A stretch of 64,000 bases of DNA from Minisyncoccia bacterium (GTDB taxonomy: Bacteria; Patescibacteriota; Minisyncoccia; Phycocordibacterales; UBA9973). The stretch covers positions 78,118 to 142,117 of the forward strand of contig JBBRWS010000002.1 in assembly GCA_038249055.1 (NCBI GenBank). The letters are read 5' to 3'. The notes below the pieces were generated by a model. It did not search any database. It saw only the letters and a list, made by a program, of their open reading frames with translations, and was not told the origin of the DNA. Position numbers and translations under genes: made by a program. Within the stretch, counting starts at the first letter, position 1, and each line of letters begins with the position of its first letter. Below are positions 24,943-34,933 of the stretch, piece by piece.

Positions 24943-26217
24943 ATGGACATACTTTTAATCATTTTTTTAATATTACTCAACGGTGTTTTCTCAATGAGCG
25001 AAATTGCAATGGTTTCCTCACGTAAATTTAAGCTGGAAAGTGCAGCAAAGAGTGGTAGTAAAAGTGCCAAACGTGCTTTAGAACTCGCTAATAATCCAAA
25101 TCGTTTTCTTTCAACCATTCAAATAGGCATAACTCTCATTGGTATCCTTATTGGTATTTTTAGTGCTGAAAAAATAACAGATAATCTTACTAATTTGATT
25201 TCTTTCATAGATATTTTATATCCCTATGCACATTCTATTGCGGTGATTATAGTCGTTATTATTGTAACTTTTTTTTCTATAGTTCTTGGGGAACTTTTAC
25301 CAAAAAGAATTGGACTTCTTTTCCCCGAAAAAATTGCATCTGTTATGGCAAAACCAATGCACTTACTTTCAAAAATATCTTCACCTTTTATATGGCTTCT
25401 TAGTATTACAAATGAATTTCTTTTAAAATTGTTTGGTATTAAAAGTGAATCAAAACATGGAGTTACAGAAGAAGAGATAAGAGCGATTATTCAAGAGGGA
25501 GCCCTTGGTGGTGAAGTGCAGGAAATTGAACAAGATATTATTGAGAGAGTATTTGGACTAGGGGACCGCAAGGTTGTAGAGCTTATGACTCACCGAAAAG
25601 ACATGATTTGGTTAGATGTGAATGATACAATTGCTCTTATTCAAAAAAAAATAGCATTAGAGCCACATTCTGTTTATCCAGTTGCTGATGGAAAACTAGA
25701 TAAACTACTTGGAGTTGTTAGCGCAAAAGATATGTTTGCTGCTCTTGGGCGTATTGATTTTTCTTTAGTTGATTATATAAAAAAACCCCTAGTTGTTCAT
25801 GAAAATACACCAGCCTATCGTCTTTTAGAAAAGTTTCGAAAAGTTAGATGGCATGCTGCGCTCGTTGTAGATGAGTATGGCTCTCTTCAAGGTGTTGTCT
25901 CTATGGATGATGTCGTAGATGCTCTTCTTGGTGATGTGTCAGAATACAACCAGCAAGAATATAAAATTACACTGCGTGAAGATGGAACTTGGCTTGCTGA
26001 TGGTCAATATCCATATTTTGAACTATTACATTTTTTTGACATTACAGATATTGATTCAGAAAGAGAATATAATACTATTGCCGGACTTATATTACATAAA
26101 GTTGAAAATATTCCTACTGTGGGAGAAAAAATTGATTGGGGTCATTTCACTCTTGAGATTTTAGATATGGATGGATCACGCATAGATAAGGTGCTTATCA
26201 CCAAGAAAAATATTTAA
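24943..26217 (+). CDS. CNNM/HlyC-CorC family transporter (DUF21 + CBS pair + CorC_HlyC)
   Basis: N-terminal DUF21 (…NGVFSMSEIAMVSSRKFKLE…), tandem CBS, C-terminal transporter-associated domain. Confidence 0.8.
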   Translation: MDILLIIFLILLNGVFSMSEIAMVSSRKFKLESAAKSGSKSAKRALELANNPNRFLSTIQIGITLIGILIGIFSAEKITDNLTNLISFIDILYPYAHSIAVIIVVIIVTFFSIVLGELLPKRIGLLFPEKIASVMAKPMHLLSKISSPFIWLLSITNEFLLKLFGIKSESKHGVTEEEIRAIIQEGALGGEVQEIEQDIIERVFGLGDRKVVELMTHRKDMIWLDVNDTIALIQKKIALEPHSVYPVADGKLDKLLGVVSAKDMFAALGRIDFSLVDYIKKPLVVHENTPAYRLLEKFRKVRWHAALVVDEYGSLQGVVSMDDVVDALLGDVSEYNQQEYKITLREDGTWLADGQYPYFELLHFFDITDIDSEREYNTIAGLILHKVENIPTVGEKIDWGHFTLEILDMDGSRIDKVLITKKNI

Positions 26218-26370
26218 AAAATAATAAAGAATGAATGTATACTATAAGGAATATAGTTATTTCATTTTTATAAAAAATAAAATAACGCAAATAGTGTTTT
26301 TTTTACCTTTACTTTATAGTAAATAATTATGCTATAATATGGTTATTATAAATAATCTATTAATTGCCTT

Positions 26371-26523
26371 ATGAATAATTTATTAAAGGATTTTATTTCA
26401 AAAGAACAACGAGATTTTAGCTTTAAAATAGGTCGGGATCTTGCATCAGCTCTTTCTGGATTTATTGCGGGTGCTCTCGCTGCAAGTATTGTTTGGACTA
26501 CTTGTATTTTACTATCTAATTAA
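26371..26523 (+). CDS. Possible small membrane peptide (50 aa, MNNLLKDFISKEQRDFSFKIGRDLASALSGFIAGALAASIVWTTCILLSN)
   Basis: Preceded by TATAAT (26333-26338). Amphipathic then hydrophobic C-terminus. Followed by a strong terminator hairpin. Not in the track (under 60 aa). Confidence 0.3.
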   Translation: MNNLLKDFISKEQRDFSFKIGRDLASALSGFIAGALAASIVWTTCILLSN

Positions 26524-26589
26524 TTTTTAATTTCAGAATTAAATATTACTATAAAAAAAGGTTAAATTTTTTTAATATTTTAATTATTA

Positions 26590-26625
26590 AAATGACCACA
26601 CTGAAATTTATCAGTGTGGTCATTT
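26590..26625. terminator. Bidirectional terminator hairpin (AAATGACCACACTGA…TCAGTGTGGTCATTT)
   Basis: 14-bp perfect stem flanked by A/T runs. Serves the small + ORF and the convergent dGTPase-like gene. Confidence 0.6.
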
Positions 26626-26629
26626 TTAT

Positions 26630-27709
26630 TTATAAATATTTTCTGTAAAAATCTGACTTATTTAAGTCTGGATTAAAAATATCAATTTTCTTTCCGTGAA
26701 AATTTTTAATGATTTCAAAAAAACCATAATTAATGTTATTTGTATTGCCATTAATTATATCATTGTAGAAGTTATGAACCTCGCTGTCTGTCATGCAACA
26801 AATAGCGAGGTAGGGGTCAATTTGCTCATCAAATTTTTCATTAATAAAAGAAATAATTTTCACCATCTCTTGTTTAATTTGTTTTTTGTATTCTTGTTTA
26901 TCAAGCTTGAAATAAACATTTTCATACATCCAACTTTTTAAATCAACAAATTTTTGTGCAGTTTCAGATTTAGAAAAAGAAACTCTTCCTTCTTCTGAGC
27001 TTTCTTTAATAAGTTCAAACAAAACATTAGCTATTCGTTCTCTTTGGTCTTTTCCAAAAAAGAGAGCTATTTCAGGCAATGATTCTTCTTTTAGGAATCC
27101 AACCTTTAATGTGTCATTTAAATCAGAAAAAGTGTAAGCGATTTTATCACAATACATGCACAAAGTCGCTTCTTCTGAAATGTTAGAATTAATTTTCATT
27201 TCACTATTTCCACGAGAGTGATTAAGTATTCCCTCAAGTGTTTCATAAGTTAAATTTAATCCTTTCCCTTTGCGCTCAATTTTTTGTGCAACAATTACAC
27301 TCATAATACTGTGTGCAAATTTTTTTCCAGAAAGTTCACTAATTAATGTTTCACCTAAATGTCCAAACGGGGTATGCCCAATATCATGTCCATAGGCGAT
27401 AGCTTCTGCTAGGTATTCATTTAACCCTAAAACATTAGCGCAGATTGCATCAAGATTGACGACATCATTTGTGTGAATAAGTCTGTTTCTTGTGTTTGAA
27501 TGTAACCCAGGTGGGAAGACTTGTGTTTTATCATCAAGCCTGCGGTAGTGTTTACCTAATCGTATTTTTTCTCTATCACGAAGAAATGGGTCAAGAGTGG
27601 CATACAAAAGGTCAGAATCATCATAAAAGCGTCGCCCGAGACTATTTCTCGGTTTAAAAGCAAGAGATTTTAAAGACCCCTTGAAATCAGAAAGATTATT
27701 TTTTTTCAT
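26630..27709 (-). CDS. dGTP triphosphohydrolase-like HD-domain protein (dGTPase family)
   Basis: GHDIGHTPFGHLGE metal-binding motif and overall dGTPase-like layout. 359 aa. Confidence 0.7.
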   Translation of the reverse strand: MKKNNLSDFKGSLKSLAFKPRNSLGRRFYDDSDLLYATLDPFLRDREKIRLGKHYRRLDDKTQVFPPGLHSNTRNRLIHTNDVVNLDAICANVLGLNEYLAEAIAYGHDIGHTPFGHLGETLISELSGKKFAHSIMSVIVAQKIERKGKGLNLTYETLEGILNHSRGNSEMKINSNISEEATLCMYCDKIAYTFSDLNDTLKVGFLKEESLPEIALFFGKDQRERIANVLFELIKESSEEGRVSFSKSETAQKFVDLKSWMYENVYFKLDKQEYKKQIKQEMVKIISFINEKFDEQIDPYLAICCMTDSEVHNFYNDIINGNTNNINYGFFEIIKNFHGKKIDIFNPDLNKSDFYRKYL

Positions 27710-27818
27710 TTTTTAAAAGATTATATTTTTTCTTCACATTACAACTTATATAAATAATTGTCAAAAAGTGATATATAGCAATATATTATTTAAAAATCTA
27801 ATTTTGTATTATAATCAT

Positions 27819-28559
27819 AAAATGAAACTTATCTCACTAAACATAGAACTTAACAGGCATCACGAACTCGTGTTGCCTTTTCTTAAAAAAGAGAAAGCAG
27901 ATGTAATCTGCTTGCAAGAACTTTTAGAAGAGGATTTTGAAATGTATAAGAAAGAACTTGGAATGGATGGAGTTATTAGAATTACTAGTTATATTGATGA
28001 TAGTGTTCACTTGGAATCAAAAGGCAAAAGAGAGGGAACAGCCATTTTTTCTAAAAAAATAGAAGACTCAGGTTATTTTTTTCATGTTGGTAGTTTGGAA
28101 AAAATAGAAAGATCTTTTGAAGAATATGTAAATGATGAGTATCTGGTAAAACCGCGTGCTTTATTATGGGTAGATATTAAAGATGACAAAGGTAATGTTT
28201 TTAAGATTATAACTTCACATCTAACTATTACTCATCATGGAGAAGTGAGCTCTGTTCAAATTGATGCTAATGAAATATTTATAAATCAAGCAAAGAGTCT
28301 CGGTGAATTTATTTTATGCGGAGATACTAATGCACCTCGGGGTAGAGCAGCATTTGATAGAATGGCAAAAGAATTTAAAGATAATATTCCCGCTTTATAT
28401 AAGACTAGTCTAGATAGAGATTTACATAGGGCAAAAGGAGTAGATTTTATGGTTGATTGTCTTTTTACGACTCCTTTATATTTTGCTAAAAATGTAGAAT
28501 TAAAAGGTGGAGTTAGTGACCATATGGCAGTAGTTTCAGAAATTTATAAAGTGGAATAA
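27819..28559 (+). CDS. Endonuclease/exonuclease/phosphatase (EEP) family protein
   Basis: MKLISLNIE… N-terminus, CLQEL motif, C-terminal SDH. Start placed after the TGTATTATAAT promoter. Confidence 0.6.
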   Translation, partial: KMKLISLNIELNRHHELVLPFLKKEKADVICLQELLEEDFEMYKKELGMDGVIRITSYIDDSVHLESKGKREGTAIFSKKIEDSGYFFHVGSLEKIERSFEEYVNDEYLVKPRALLWVDIKDDKGNVFKIITSHLTITHHGEVSSVQIDANEIFINQAKSLGEFILCGDTNAPRGRAAFDRMAKEFKDNIPALYKTSLDRDLHRAKGVDFMVDCLFTTPLYFAKNVELKGGVSDHMAVVSEIYKVE

Positions 28560-28592
28560 TCTTAACTTTTTTAAATAAGTAATTTAAGTAAA

Positions 28593-29111
28593 ATGAATAC
28601 TCTTTTGCATACAAAAAATATTTCTCAAGGTAAAGAGAATTATAAAGTTGAAACATATTTAGCAGATACAATCCCATCTGTTTCAGATTGTTCGTCTGTA
28701 TATGCTTTTGTTTTTAAAAATGGAGAATTCTTACAAACAGAACTTCGTAAAGGTGAACGCCCCAAAAGGATGTTTGATATTCCAGGTGGACATATAGATA
28801 AAGATGAAAGCCCAGAAGATGCTGTTGTTAGAGAAACATTTGAAGAAACGGGTGTTATAGTAAGTGTTAATAAAATAGTCGCATATAAAAAAGTGACGTT
28901 AATGGGTTTAAAACCAGATAATTATCGTTATTCTTATCCTATCAGTTATATGACATTTTATATTTGTGAAGTAATAGAGGAAACTCCGTTTGAGGGCAAT
29001 GAAGAAACTCACGGAAGATTATGGCTGAAGTTTGAAGATTTTGAAAAATCAGAATGGTGTATTAATAACAAAATTTTATTTGAGGAGGTCATTAAAAGTT
29101 TAAATTTATAA
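28593..29111 (+). CDS. NUDIX hydrolase
   Basis: GGHIDKDESPEDAVVRETFEETGV Nudix box. Confidence 0.7.
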   Translation: MNTLLHTKNISQGKENYKVETYLADTIPSVSDCSSVYAFVFKNGEFLQTELRKGERPKRMFDIPGGHIDKDESPEDAVVRETFEETGVIVSVNKIVAYKKVTLMGLKPDNYRYSYPISYMTFYICEVIEETPFEGNEETHGRLWLKFEDFEKSEWCINNKILFEEVIKSLNL

Positions 29112-29162
29112 ATACTATAAATTAGTATTACCACCAGTAATAAAATTTAGTATAATGAGATA

Positions 29163-29846
29163 ATGGAATTAAAAAATAAAGTCGTTGTTATTACAGGAGG
29201 TACTAAAGGGATAGGAAAGGCACTCGCAATTTTATTTAAAAATAACAATGCAAATGTTGTTATCTGTGGAGATAAAGAAGAAGAATTCGAAGATATTTCA
29301 AACAAAGAAATTTTAGCAATAAAGGCAGATGTAACAAAAGAGGATGATTTAAATAACTTACTAAAAATTGTTGTAGAAAAATTTGGCGAAGTAGATTTAT
29401 GGATTAATAATGCTGGAGTTTGGATGCCTTATGCACCCATCGAAGAAACAGACTGGAAAAGAGCTCACGCACTAATGGAGGTTAATTTATTTGGAACTAT
29501 TTATGGTTCTAAAGTTGCTTTGATTCAGATGAGAAAACAAGGTTTTGGAATGATAATGAATATTTTGTCCGTTAGAGCACTAGGGGGGATTGCAGGAGCT
29601 TCTGCTTACTGTGCGAGTAAATATGCTGCAAATGGTTTTACTCAATCATTAATAAAAGAAGTTGAGGGAACAAATATAAAAGTTATTTCTGTTTATCCTG
29701 AAAAAATAAAAACTAATTTATTTGATGAAAAAAGACCAAGTAATTATGATGAATATATGGATTCAGATACAGCCGCAAATGAAATTATAGAAAATCTTAA
29801 AAAGGAACCACCCGAAGAAAAATTAATTGTTAAACGCAATAATTAA
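29163..29846 (+). CDS. Short-chain dehydrogenase/reductase (SDR)
   Basis: TGGTKGIGKA cofactor motif. Catalytic YCASKYA (YxxxK). Confidence 0.8.
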   Translation: MELKNKVVVITGGTKGIGKALAILFKNNNANVVICGDKEEEFEDISNKEILAIKADVTKEDDLNNLLKIVVEKFGEVDLWINNAGVWMPYAPIEETDWKRAHALMEVNLFGTIYGSKVALIQMRKQGFGMIMNILSVRALGGIAGASAYCASKYAANGFTQSLIKEVEGTNIKVISVYPEKIKTNLFDEKRPSNYDEYMDSDTAANEIIENLKKEPPEEKLIVKRNN

Positions 29847-29891
29847 ATAAATTTAAAATGAGCGGCTTCAAAAAGAAGTCGCTCATTTTTA

Positions 29892-30557
29892 TTATTGTTC
29901 TATTTTATAGAACGATGGAACTTGTAAAGAATTATGGTTTATTCCATCCCAAGTAATCATGTCGTTGACCACTAGGTTGGTGATTTTAGCCTGGTACAGA
30001 TGTTCATATTCGTTTACTCTTCTTGCGAGAGTTTCCGGATTTTCATCATCGTTGATTGGGACTTTAATTCTTGCAAAGGCAGGGCCATTGTCATACTTTT
30101 CATCAATAAAGTGCATTGTGATTTCAGTGTCTGTGATTTCACCTTTTTTGAAAGATTCAATTACTGCCTTATGGACATTGTGACCATAAAAACCATTACC
30201 TCCAAATGCAGGTAAGGGTCCCGGGTGAATATTAAAAACTGTTTTTGAGTTAAAATTTGTTTTTAAATCAAGTCCAGAAATTAATTTAATCCATCCTGAT
30301 AGGGCAAAATAATCAGCACCAGATTTGATGGCTATTTCCTGGTAATTTTTTCCTGTCCAAGGCTCTGGGAAGTGGATAAAAGATATACCAAGTTTGTCGG
30401 CTCTTTCGCGTACACCACCATACTCATGATTTGATACGACTCCTACGATGTCAGCATGGAGTATTTCTTTGCGAGTAGCCTCAACCAATTTTTCAAACCC
30501 AGAGCCACCTCCGTTAGTGGTTCCTGATGCAAATACTAAAATTCTCGGTTTAAACAT
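29892..30557 (-). CDS. purN: Phosphoribosylglycinamide formyltransferase
   Basis: RILVFASGTTNGGGSGFEKL N-terminus. NIHPGPLPAFGG formyltransferase motif. Confidence 0.8.
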   Translation of the reverse strand: MFKPRILVFASGTTNGGGSGFEKLVEATRKEILHADIVGVVSNHEYGGVRERADKLGISFIHFPEPWTGKNYQEIAIKSGADYFALSGWIKLISGLDLKTNFNSKTVFNIHPGPLPAFGGNGFYGHNVHKAVIESFKKGEITDTEITMHFIDEKYDNGPAFARIKVPINDDENPETLARRVNEYEHLYQAKITNLVVNDMITWDGINHNSLQVPSFYKIEQ

Positions 30558-30680
30558 AATTCAAGTTTTAAAGGTTTAAAATTCAATTTCCTTCATATTA
30601 CAAATTATCAGTTTTTTGTCAATTTAATCATCTTATCTAATTATGTAAATTATTAATAGATTTGATATAATTAGGTTGCT

Positions 30681-31187
30681 TTGAACACAGATATATCTTT
30701 GCAAAACACTAAAAAAATAAGACTTATTTCAGCGATTATTATTTCTGTATATTTTGTATACTATTGTTTTTCTTTTATGGAATGGCATTTTATTGATAAT
30801 ATTAATCTTATTATTCATGAAGCAGGGCACTCCGTGTTTATTTTTTTTGGTGATTTTATAAATATTTTATCTGGGTCTTTATTCCAGATATTATTTCCTT
30901 TTGTTTTTGTATTGTACTTTTATAAAAAACAGGAATATTTTTCTGCCTCACTTTTATTATTTTGGGTAGGTCAAAATATTATTAATGTTTCTGTTTATGC
31001 TTCCGATGCACAGACTATGCAGTTACCACTTTTAGGCGGGGAACATGATTGGAATTATTTATTACAAACGACCGGGTTGCTTGGTTATACTAATATGATT
31101 GGTTCTAGTATGTATGCCATAGGTGTTATTGTTATAGTTCTAGCTATTTGTCTATCCCTTGTTACCTCTTTAGATAAAAAATTTTAA
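30681..31187 (+). CDS. Hypothetical polytopic membrane protein
   Basis: 168 aa, 4-5 hydrophobic helices. Confidence 0.4.
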   Translation: MNTDISLQNTKKIRLISAIIISVYFVYYCFSFMEWHFIDNINLIIHEAGHSVFIFFGDFINILSGSLFQILFPFVFVLYFYKKQEYFSASLLLFWVGQNIINVSVYASDAQTMQLPLLGGEHDWNYLLQTTGLLGYTNMIGSSMYAIGVIVIVLAICLSLVTSLDKKF

Positions 31188-31292
31188 ATTTTATGAAAAA
31201 TTAGAAAGAGATATTTAAAATAAAATATAAAATACCACTCATAATAAATTATGAGTGGTATTTTATATTTGCCCTGTCTTTATAGTTATTAA

Positions 31293-32423
31293 TTAGTTAT
31301 AAAAAGTGAATTCACTAGATACAACTGCATTTTTTAGAGCATCAGCAGACTTTAAAATAAAGTGATAGATTGTGCTTGATACTAAACCGGGGATGCTAAT
31401 TGAGTGTTCTTTTACTAATTTGTCATCAGTGATAGAAGCTGTTGCGGTATTGTTTATATCAACTGATATTCCTGTTGAATAAAAAATACTTGAAGTCGAA
31501 GGTTCGTTAGTAACCCAAGATATTGTTGTATTAGTTGCACTGATTGTCTTTGTAACTCCACTGATTACTGGAGCTGTTACATCAACAATCACTACTGGGT
31601 TAACTGTAATTTTTAGTAAAGAAGAAGTTTCTTTACCCTCAGTATTTTTTACTATAAATTTTGCTACATATGTTCCTGGAACTTCGTATATATGAGTAAA
31701 TGTTGCAGTTTTAATAAATACTGGTTCGGGTTGTGCTATAACCGCGTCACCGGAAGTTATTTTAGTATCTCCCCAGTTAACAGCATAACTTAATTCACTA
31801 TTTTTTGGGTCGTAAGCTTTTACTGTAACGGTTTCATTTTCTCCAACTGCAATAGTTGTAAGTCCTGTTAACTCTGTAATAACAGGTTTAACAGATTCAT
31901 AATTTTTTAATGAAGTTGTGAATGAAATTTCAGAAGATGTTATTGTTCCTTCATCATTTGTAGATTTAATTATTACATAATATTTTGTATTTTCTTCTAA
32001 GTTCTTTAATACAATTTTATGTTTTAAAACTTCAGACTTACGAGAATAATTTGATTTTACTGAAGTATCTATATTTGATGTTTTACTGTACCAAATAGCA
32101 CTATCAGCTTTTATATCAGTATTCCAATATATGAAAGCTTTATGTGATTTAATTTTAGCTACTTTTAAATCACTTATTGTTGGCACTTTATTAATAATAC
32201 TGTCTTCGTCTTCTTCATGGTCTTCACGATATTTGGATATTCTATTCCAAATAGAGTTAGAATTATCTTTTTTATCAGAAAACTTGTTTATATTTTTTTC
32301 TATACCTGATTTATTCTCACGGTTGTTTTTAATATCTTTATCACTTGCAAAAGTTATTGCAGGTGCGGACATTATAACAGCGGCCATAAGAGAACCGGCT
32401 ATTAATGATTTGTAATTTTTCAT
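31293..32423 (-). CDS. Secreted protein with FN3/PKD-like beta-sandwich repeats
   Basis: Signal peptide (LIAGSLMAAVIMSAPAITFA). …YAVNWGDT… PKD-like motif. Confidence 0.45.
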   Translation of the reverse strand: MKNYKSLIAGSLMAAVIMSAPAITFASDKDIKNNRENKSGIEKNINKFSDKKDNSNSIWNRISKYREDHEEDEDSIINKVPTISDLKVAKIKSHKAFIYWNTDIKADSAIWYSKTSNIDTSVKSNYSRKSEVLKHKIVLKNLEENTKYYVIIKSTNDEGTITSSEISFTTSLKNYESVKPVITELTGLTTIAVGENETVTVKAYDPKNSELSYAVNWGDTKITSGDAVIAQPEPVFIKTATFTHIYEVPGTYVAKFIVKNTEGKETSSLLKITVNPVVIVDVTAPVISGVTKTISATNTTISWVTNEPSTSSIFYSTGISVDINNTATASITDDKLVKEHSISIPGLVSSTIYHFILKSADALKNAVVSSEFTFYN

Positions 32424-32596
32424 TTTATTTATAATCTATTAATTAATAATTTATATTGAACATATATCCAATATGCGACCTCACAATAGGGTAGACGCTT
32501 TAGGTTAGAAACTTCTTACATGGACATTTATGTCTTTATGTTGTATTTTGGGTATATGAATGATGTAAGAAATATACAGTTAATACGTCACACTGT

Positions 32597-33139
32597 ATGA
32601 AGGTGAATATTGAGCGTACATTTGAAGCAATATATGAAAGTGAATCAGATGCTATATTTAGATTTTGTTTAATTCGTGTATCTAATCGTGAACAAGCATT
32701 AGATATTACTCAAGAAACATTTCTAAGATTATGGAAAAGTTTACTTGAAGACAAGGAAATTCTTAATAATAAAGCATTCATTTTCACAATTGCTAGACGT
32801 CTTATTATTGATTGGTATCGCAAAAAGAAAAGTTTCTCATTAGACAGCTTAATGTTTGCGGGGGATGAAGGCGGATACGATGTTTTAGATGAAAAAACTA
32901 CAGAAAAGAATATTTTATTAGGTGTTGAAGGTAGACACTTGATAGATCAAATTGATAAATTAAATACTTCTTATCGTGAGCCTTTATATTTAAGATTTGT
33001 AGAAGATTTGTCACCACCTGAAATTGGAGAAATTCTAGGCATCTCTACCAACGCGGCATCAGTTAGAATAAATAGAGGAATCACAGAGTTAAGAAAAATA
33101 TCTGGTTATGATATAGATAAAGATGAATTAGAATTATGA
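32597..33139 (+). CDS. ECF-type RNA polymerase sigma factor (sigma-70 regions 2 and 4)
   Basis: Region 2 (…ETFLRLWKSL…) and region 4 HTH (LSPPEIGEILGISTNAASVRINRG). Confidence 0.8.
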   Translation: MKVNIERTFEAIYESESDAIFRFCLIRVSNREQALDITQETFLRLWKSLLEDKEILNNKAFIFTIARRLIIDWYRKKKSFSLDSLMFAGDEGGYDVLDEKTTEKNILLGVEGRHLIDQIDKLNTSYREPLYLRFVEDLSPPEIGEILGISTNAASVRINRGITELRKISGYDIDKDELEL

Positions 33140-34107
33140 AAAATAAAAAATTAAACAATGGAATAAGTGAAATAAGAAAAATCACCATGACAGGTGATGA
33201 AAAAAAACGCATATTTGATAATGTATTAAGCTATACAATTCCAGAAAAAAAATTCATCAAAAGTCCTTGGATTAGTGAAGTGTTTGTTTCTATACTATAT
33301 AAGAAAAATTTAGCCTTTTATATAATAGTTCCTTTGCTTGTTGTGTTATCTAGTGGCGGAATCGTTTTTGCTTCACAAGAAAGTTTACCCAATAGTATAT
33401 TTTATCCAATTAAGGTAAATGTTATTGAGCCTGTAAAAGGAGCTCTTACTTTTTCTTTAAAAAATAAAGCAAAATATGAGAGCAGTTTAGCCAGAGAGCG
33501 TTTAATTGAAGCTGAAATTTTAGCAAGTCAAAATAAACTCGATTCAACTAATGAAAAAAGAATTAACAAGCTATTAATGGACCATACTAATGGACTAGAT
33601 AAAACTTTAGATAAAATTGATAAATCAGATTCTGACATAGATACAAACGAAATAATTACAAATTTTAGAGCAGAAATGAATGCACACTCTAAGGTTTTAG
33701 AAAATATTCAAATTCAAAAAGAAGATAAAAATGATTCTGATAATGAAGATAACAAAGTATACAAAGAAGCACGAAAAAGTTCAGATAAAATTAGAAATTA
33801 TAAAAATATTAAAGATTTAAACGATTCAGATAAATATTTAAAAAGAAAAGAATCAGTTGAATTGCTTATAAATAATATAGATAAAGATTTTAAAATTAAG
33901 TCACTTGATGATGAAAAAGAAAAAAATACAGAGACACAAAAAACTATAAATGAAGCAAAAAAATATATGGAAGAGGTGTATGAAAATGAAAAAGTGGGGA
34001 GTATAGAAGAGGCCTACGAGGCTCTTTTGGATTCAGAGAGTTATATTAAAGAGGCTAATATCTTATCAAACGAAGAATCAAAAAATAAAAATGACGATGA
34101 AGATTAA
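33136..34107 (+). CDS. Putative anti-sigma factor (single-TM, cognate to upstream ECF sigma)
   Basis: ATGA start/stop overlap with the sigma gene. One TM (FYIIVPLLVVLSSGGIVFA). Charged coiled C-terminal domain. Confidence 0.45.
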   Translation: MKNKKLNNGISEIRKITMTGDEKKRIFDNVLSYTIPEKKFIKSPWISEVFVSILYKKNLAFYIIVPLLVVLSSGGIVFASQESLPNSIFYPIKVNVIEPVKGALTFSLKNKAKYESSLARERLIEAEILASQNKLDSTNEKRINKLLMDHTNGLDKTLDKIDKSDSDIDTNEIITNFRAEMNAHSKVLENIQIQKEDKNDSDNEDNKVYKEARKSSDKIRNYKNIKDLNDSDKYLKRKESVELLINNIDKDFKIKSLDDEKEKNTETQKTINEAKKYMEEVYENEKVGSIEEAYEALLDSESYIKEANILSNEESKNKNDDED

Positions 34108-34228
34108 GAAATAAAGATTTTAAATAATCATCTTGTATGTAAAACTTGCTTTTTATTTATAAAAAGGTATAATACTTGCTATAATCATAATAACTTGTCT
34201 AATATTAGCAGGTAAATAAATAAAATAT

Positions 34229-34807
34229 ATGGGAAACTATCAAGGAGGAGGCGGTGGAGGTAACAGAGGCGGCGGCGGTTTTAGAGGTGGAAATAGTGGT
34301 GGAGGAAGACCTAGTTTCCGTGGAGGAGACAGAGGTGAAGTTACAATGCACAAAGCTATTTGTGACGAATGTAAAAAGAGCTGTGAAGTTCCTTTTCGTC
34401 CATCAGGTGATAAGCCTGTATACTGTTCCGATTGTTTTAGTAGTAAAAGAGAAGACGGAGATAGAGGCGGTGATCGTGGCCCAAGAAGAGATTTTGGAGA
34501 TCGTGCACCTAAAAGAGATTTTAATGATAGACCAGCTCCATCTTTTGCTAAACCAGCATCAATGCCTACGAGTGATGCAGTTACAAAACAATTAAGTGAA
34601 ATAAGTACAAAACTTGATCGTCTTACAAGTGCAATCGAAAAACTTACTCAACCTAAGACAGAAGCCAAGCAAGCTTCAGTAGTAGCTAAAGTAGAAGTTA
34701 AAAAAGCTCCAGCTGTTAAAGTTGCAGCAAAGAAAGTAGTTGCAGTAAAAGCTCCAGCTGTTAAAGTTGCAGCAAAGAAAGTAGTTGCAAAGAAGAAGAC
34801 TAAATAA
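34229..34807 (+). CDS. FmdB-like CxxC-x17-CxxC zinc-ribbon protein with N-terminal RGG/Gly-Arg repeats and a Lys/Ala-rich (histone-H1-like) C-terminal tail
   Basis: MGNYQGGGGGGNRGGGGFRGG…; CDECKKSCEVPFRPSGDKPVYCSDCF; tail AKKVVAVKAPAVKVAAKKVVAKKKTK. A 42-nt tandem DNA repeat (34708-34788) lies inside the CDS. Confidence 0.6.
   Translation: MGNYQGGGGGGNRGGGGFRGGNSGGGRPSFRGGDRGEVTMHKAICDECKKSCEVPFRPSGDKPVYCSDCFSSKREDGDRGGDRGPRRDFGDRAPKRDFNDRPAPSFAKPASMPTSDAVTKQLSEISTKLDRLTSAIEKLTQPKTEAKQASVVAKVEVKKAPAVKVAAKKVVAVKAPAVKVAAKKVVAKKKTK
34708..34788 (+). repeat. Two tandem copies of a 42-nt unit (GCTCCAGCTGTTAAAGTTGCAGCAAAGAAAGTAGTTGCA…) within the zinc-ribbon gene
   Basis: Direct near-perfect tandem duplication encoding the KAPAVKVAAKKVVA repeat. 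In-frame copy-number change is possible. Confidence 0.6.
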
Positions 34808-34933
34808 GCGATTCCGCTTATCGTCCGAACTTTTGTTTTCAAAAGTTTTAGGAAATAATTTAATTATTTTAAATAAAAGCCCTCAATTGAGGGCTTTTAT
34901 TTTTTGTCTGATTATACATGTTATAATATAAAT

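Noticed and set aside
34254-34595. 113-aa alternative-frame ORF inside the zinc-ribbon gene
   Set aside because: It is a frame-shadow produced by the GC-richer Gly/Arg-codon repeats (GGA/GGT/AGA). The frame-1 protein has coherent Zn-ribbon and K/A-tail architecture.
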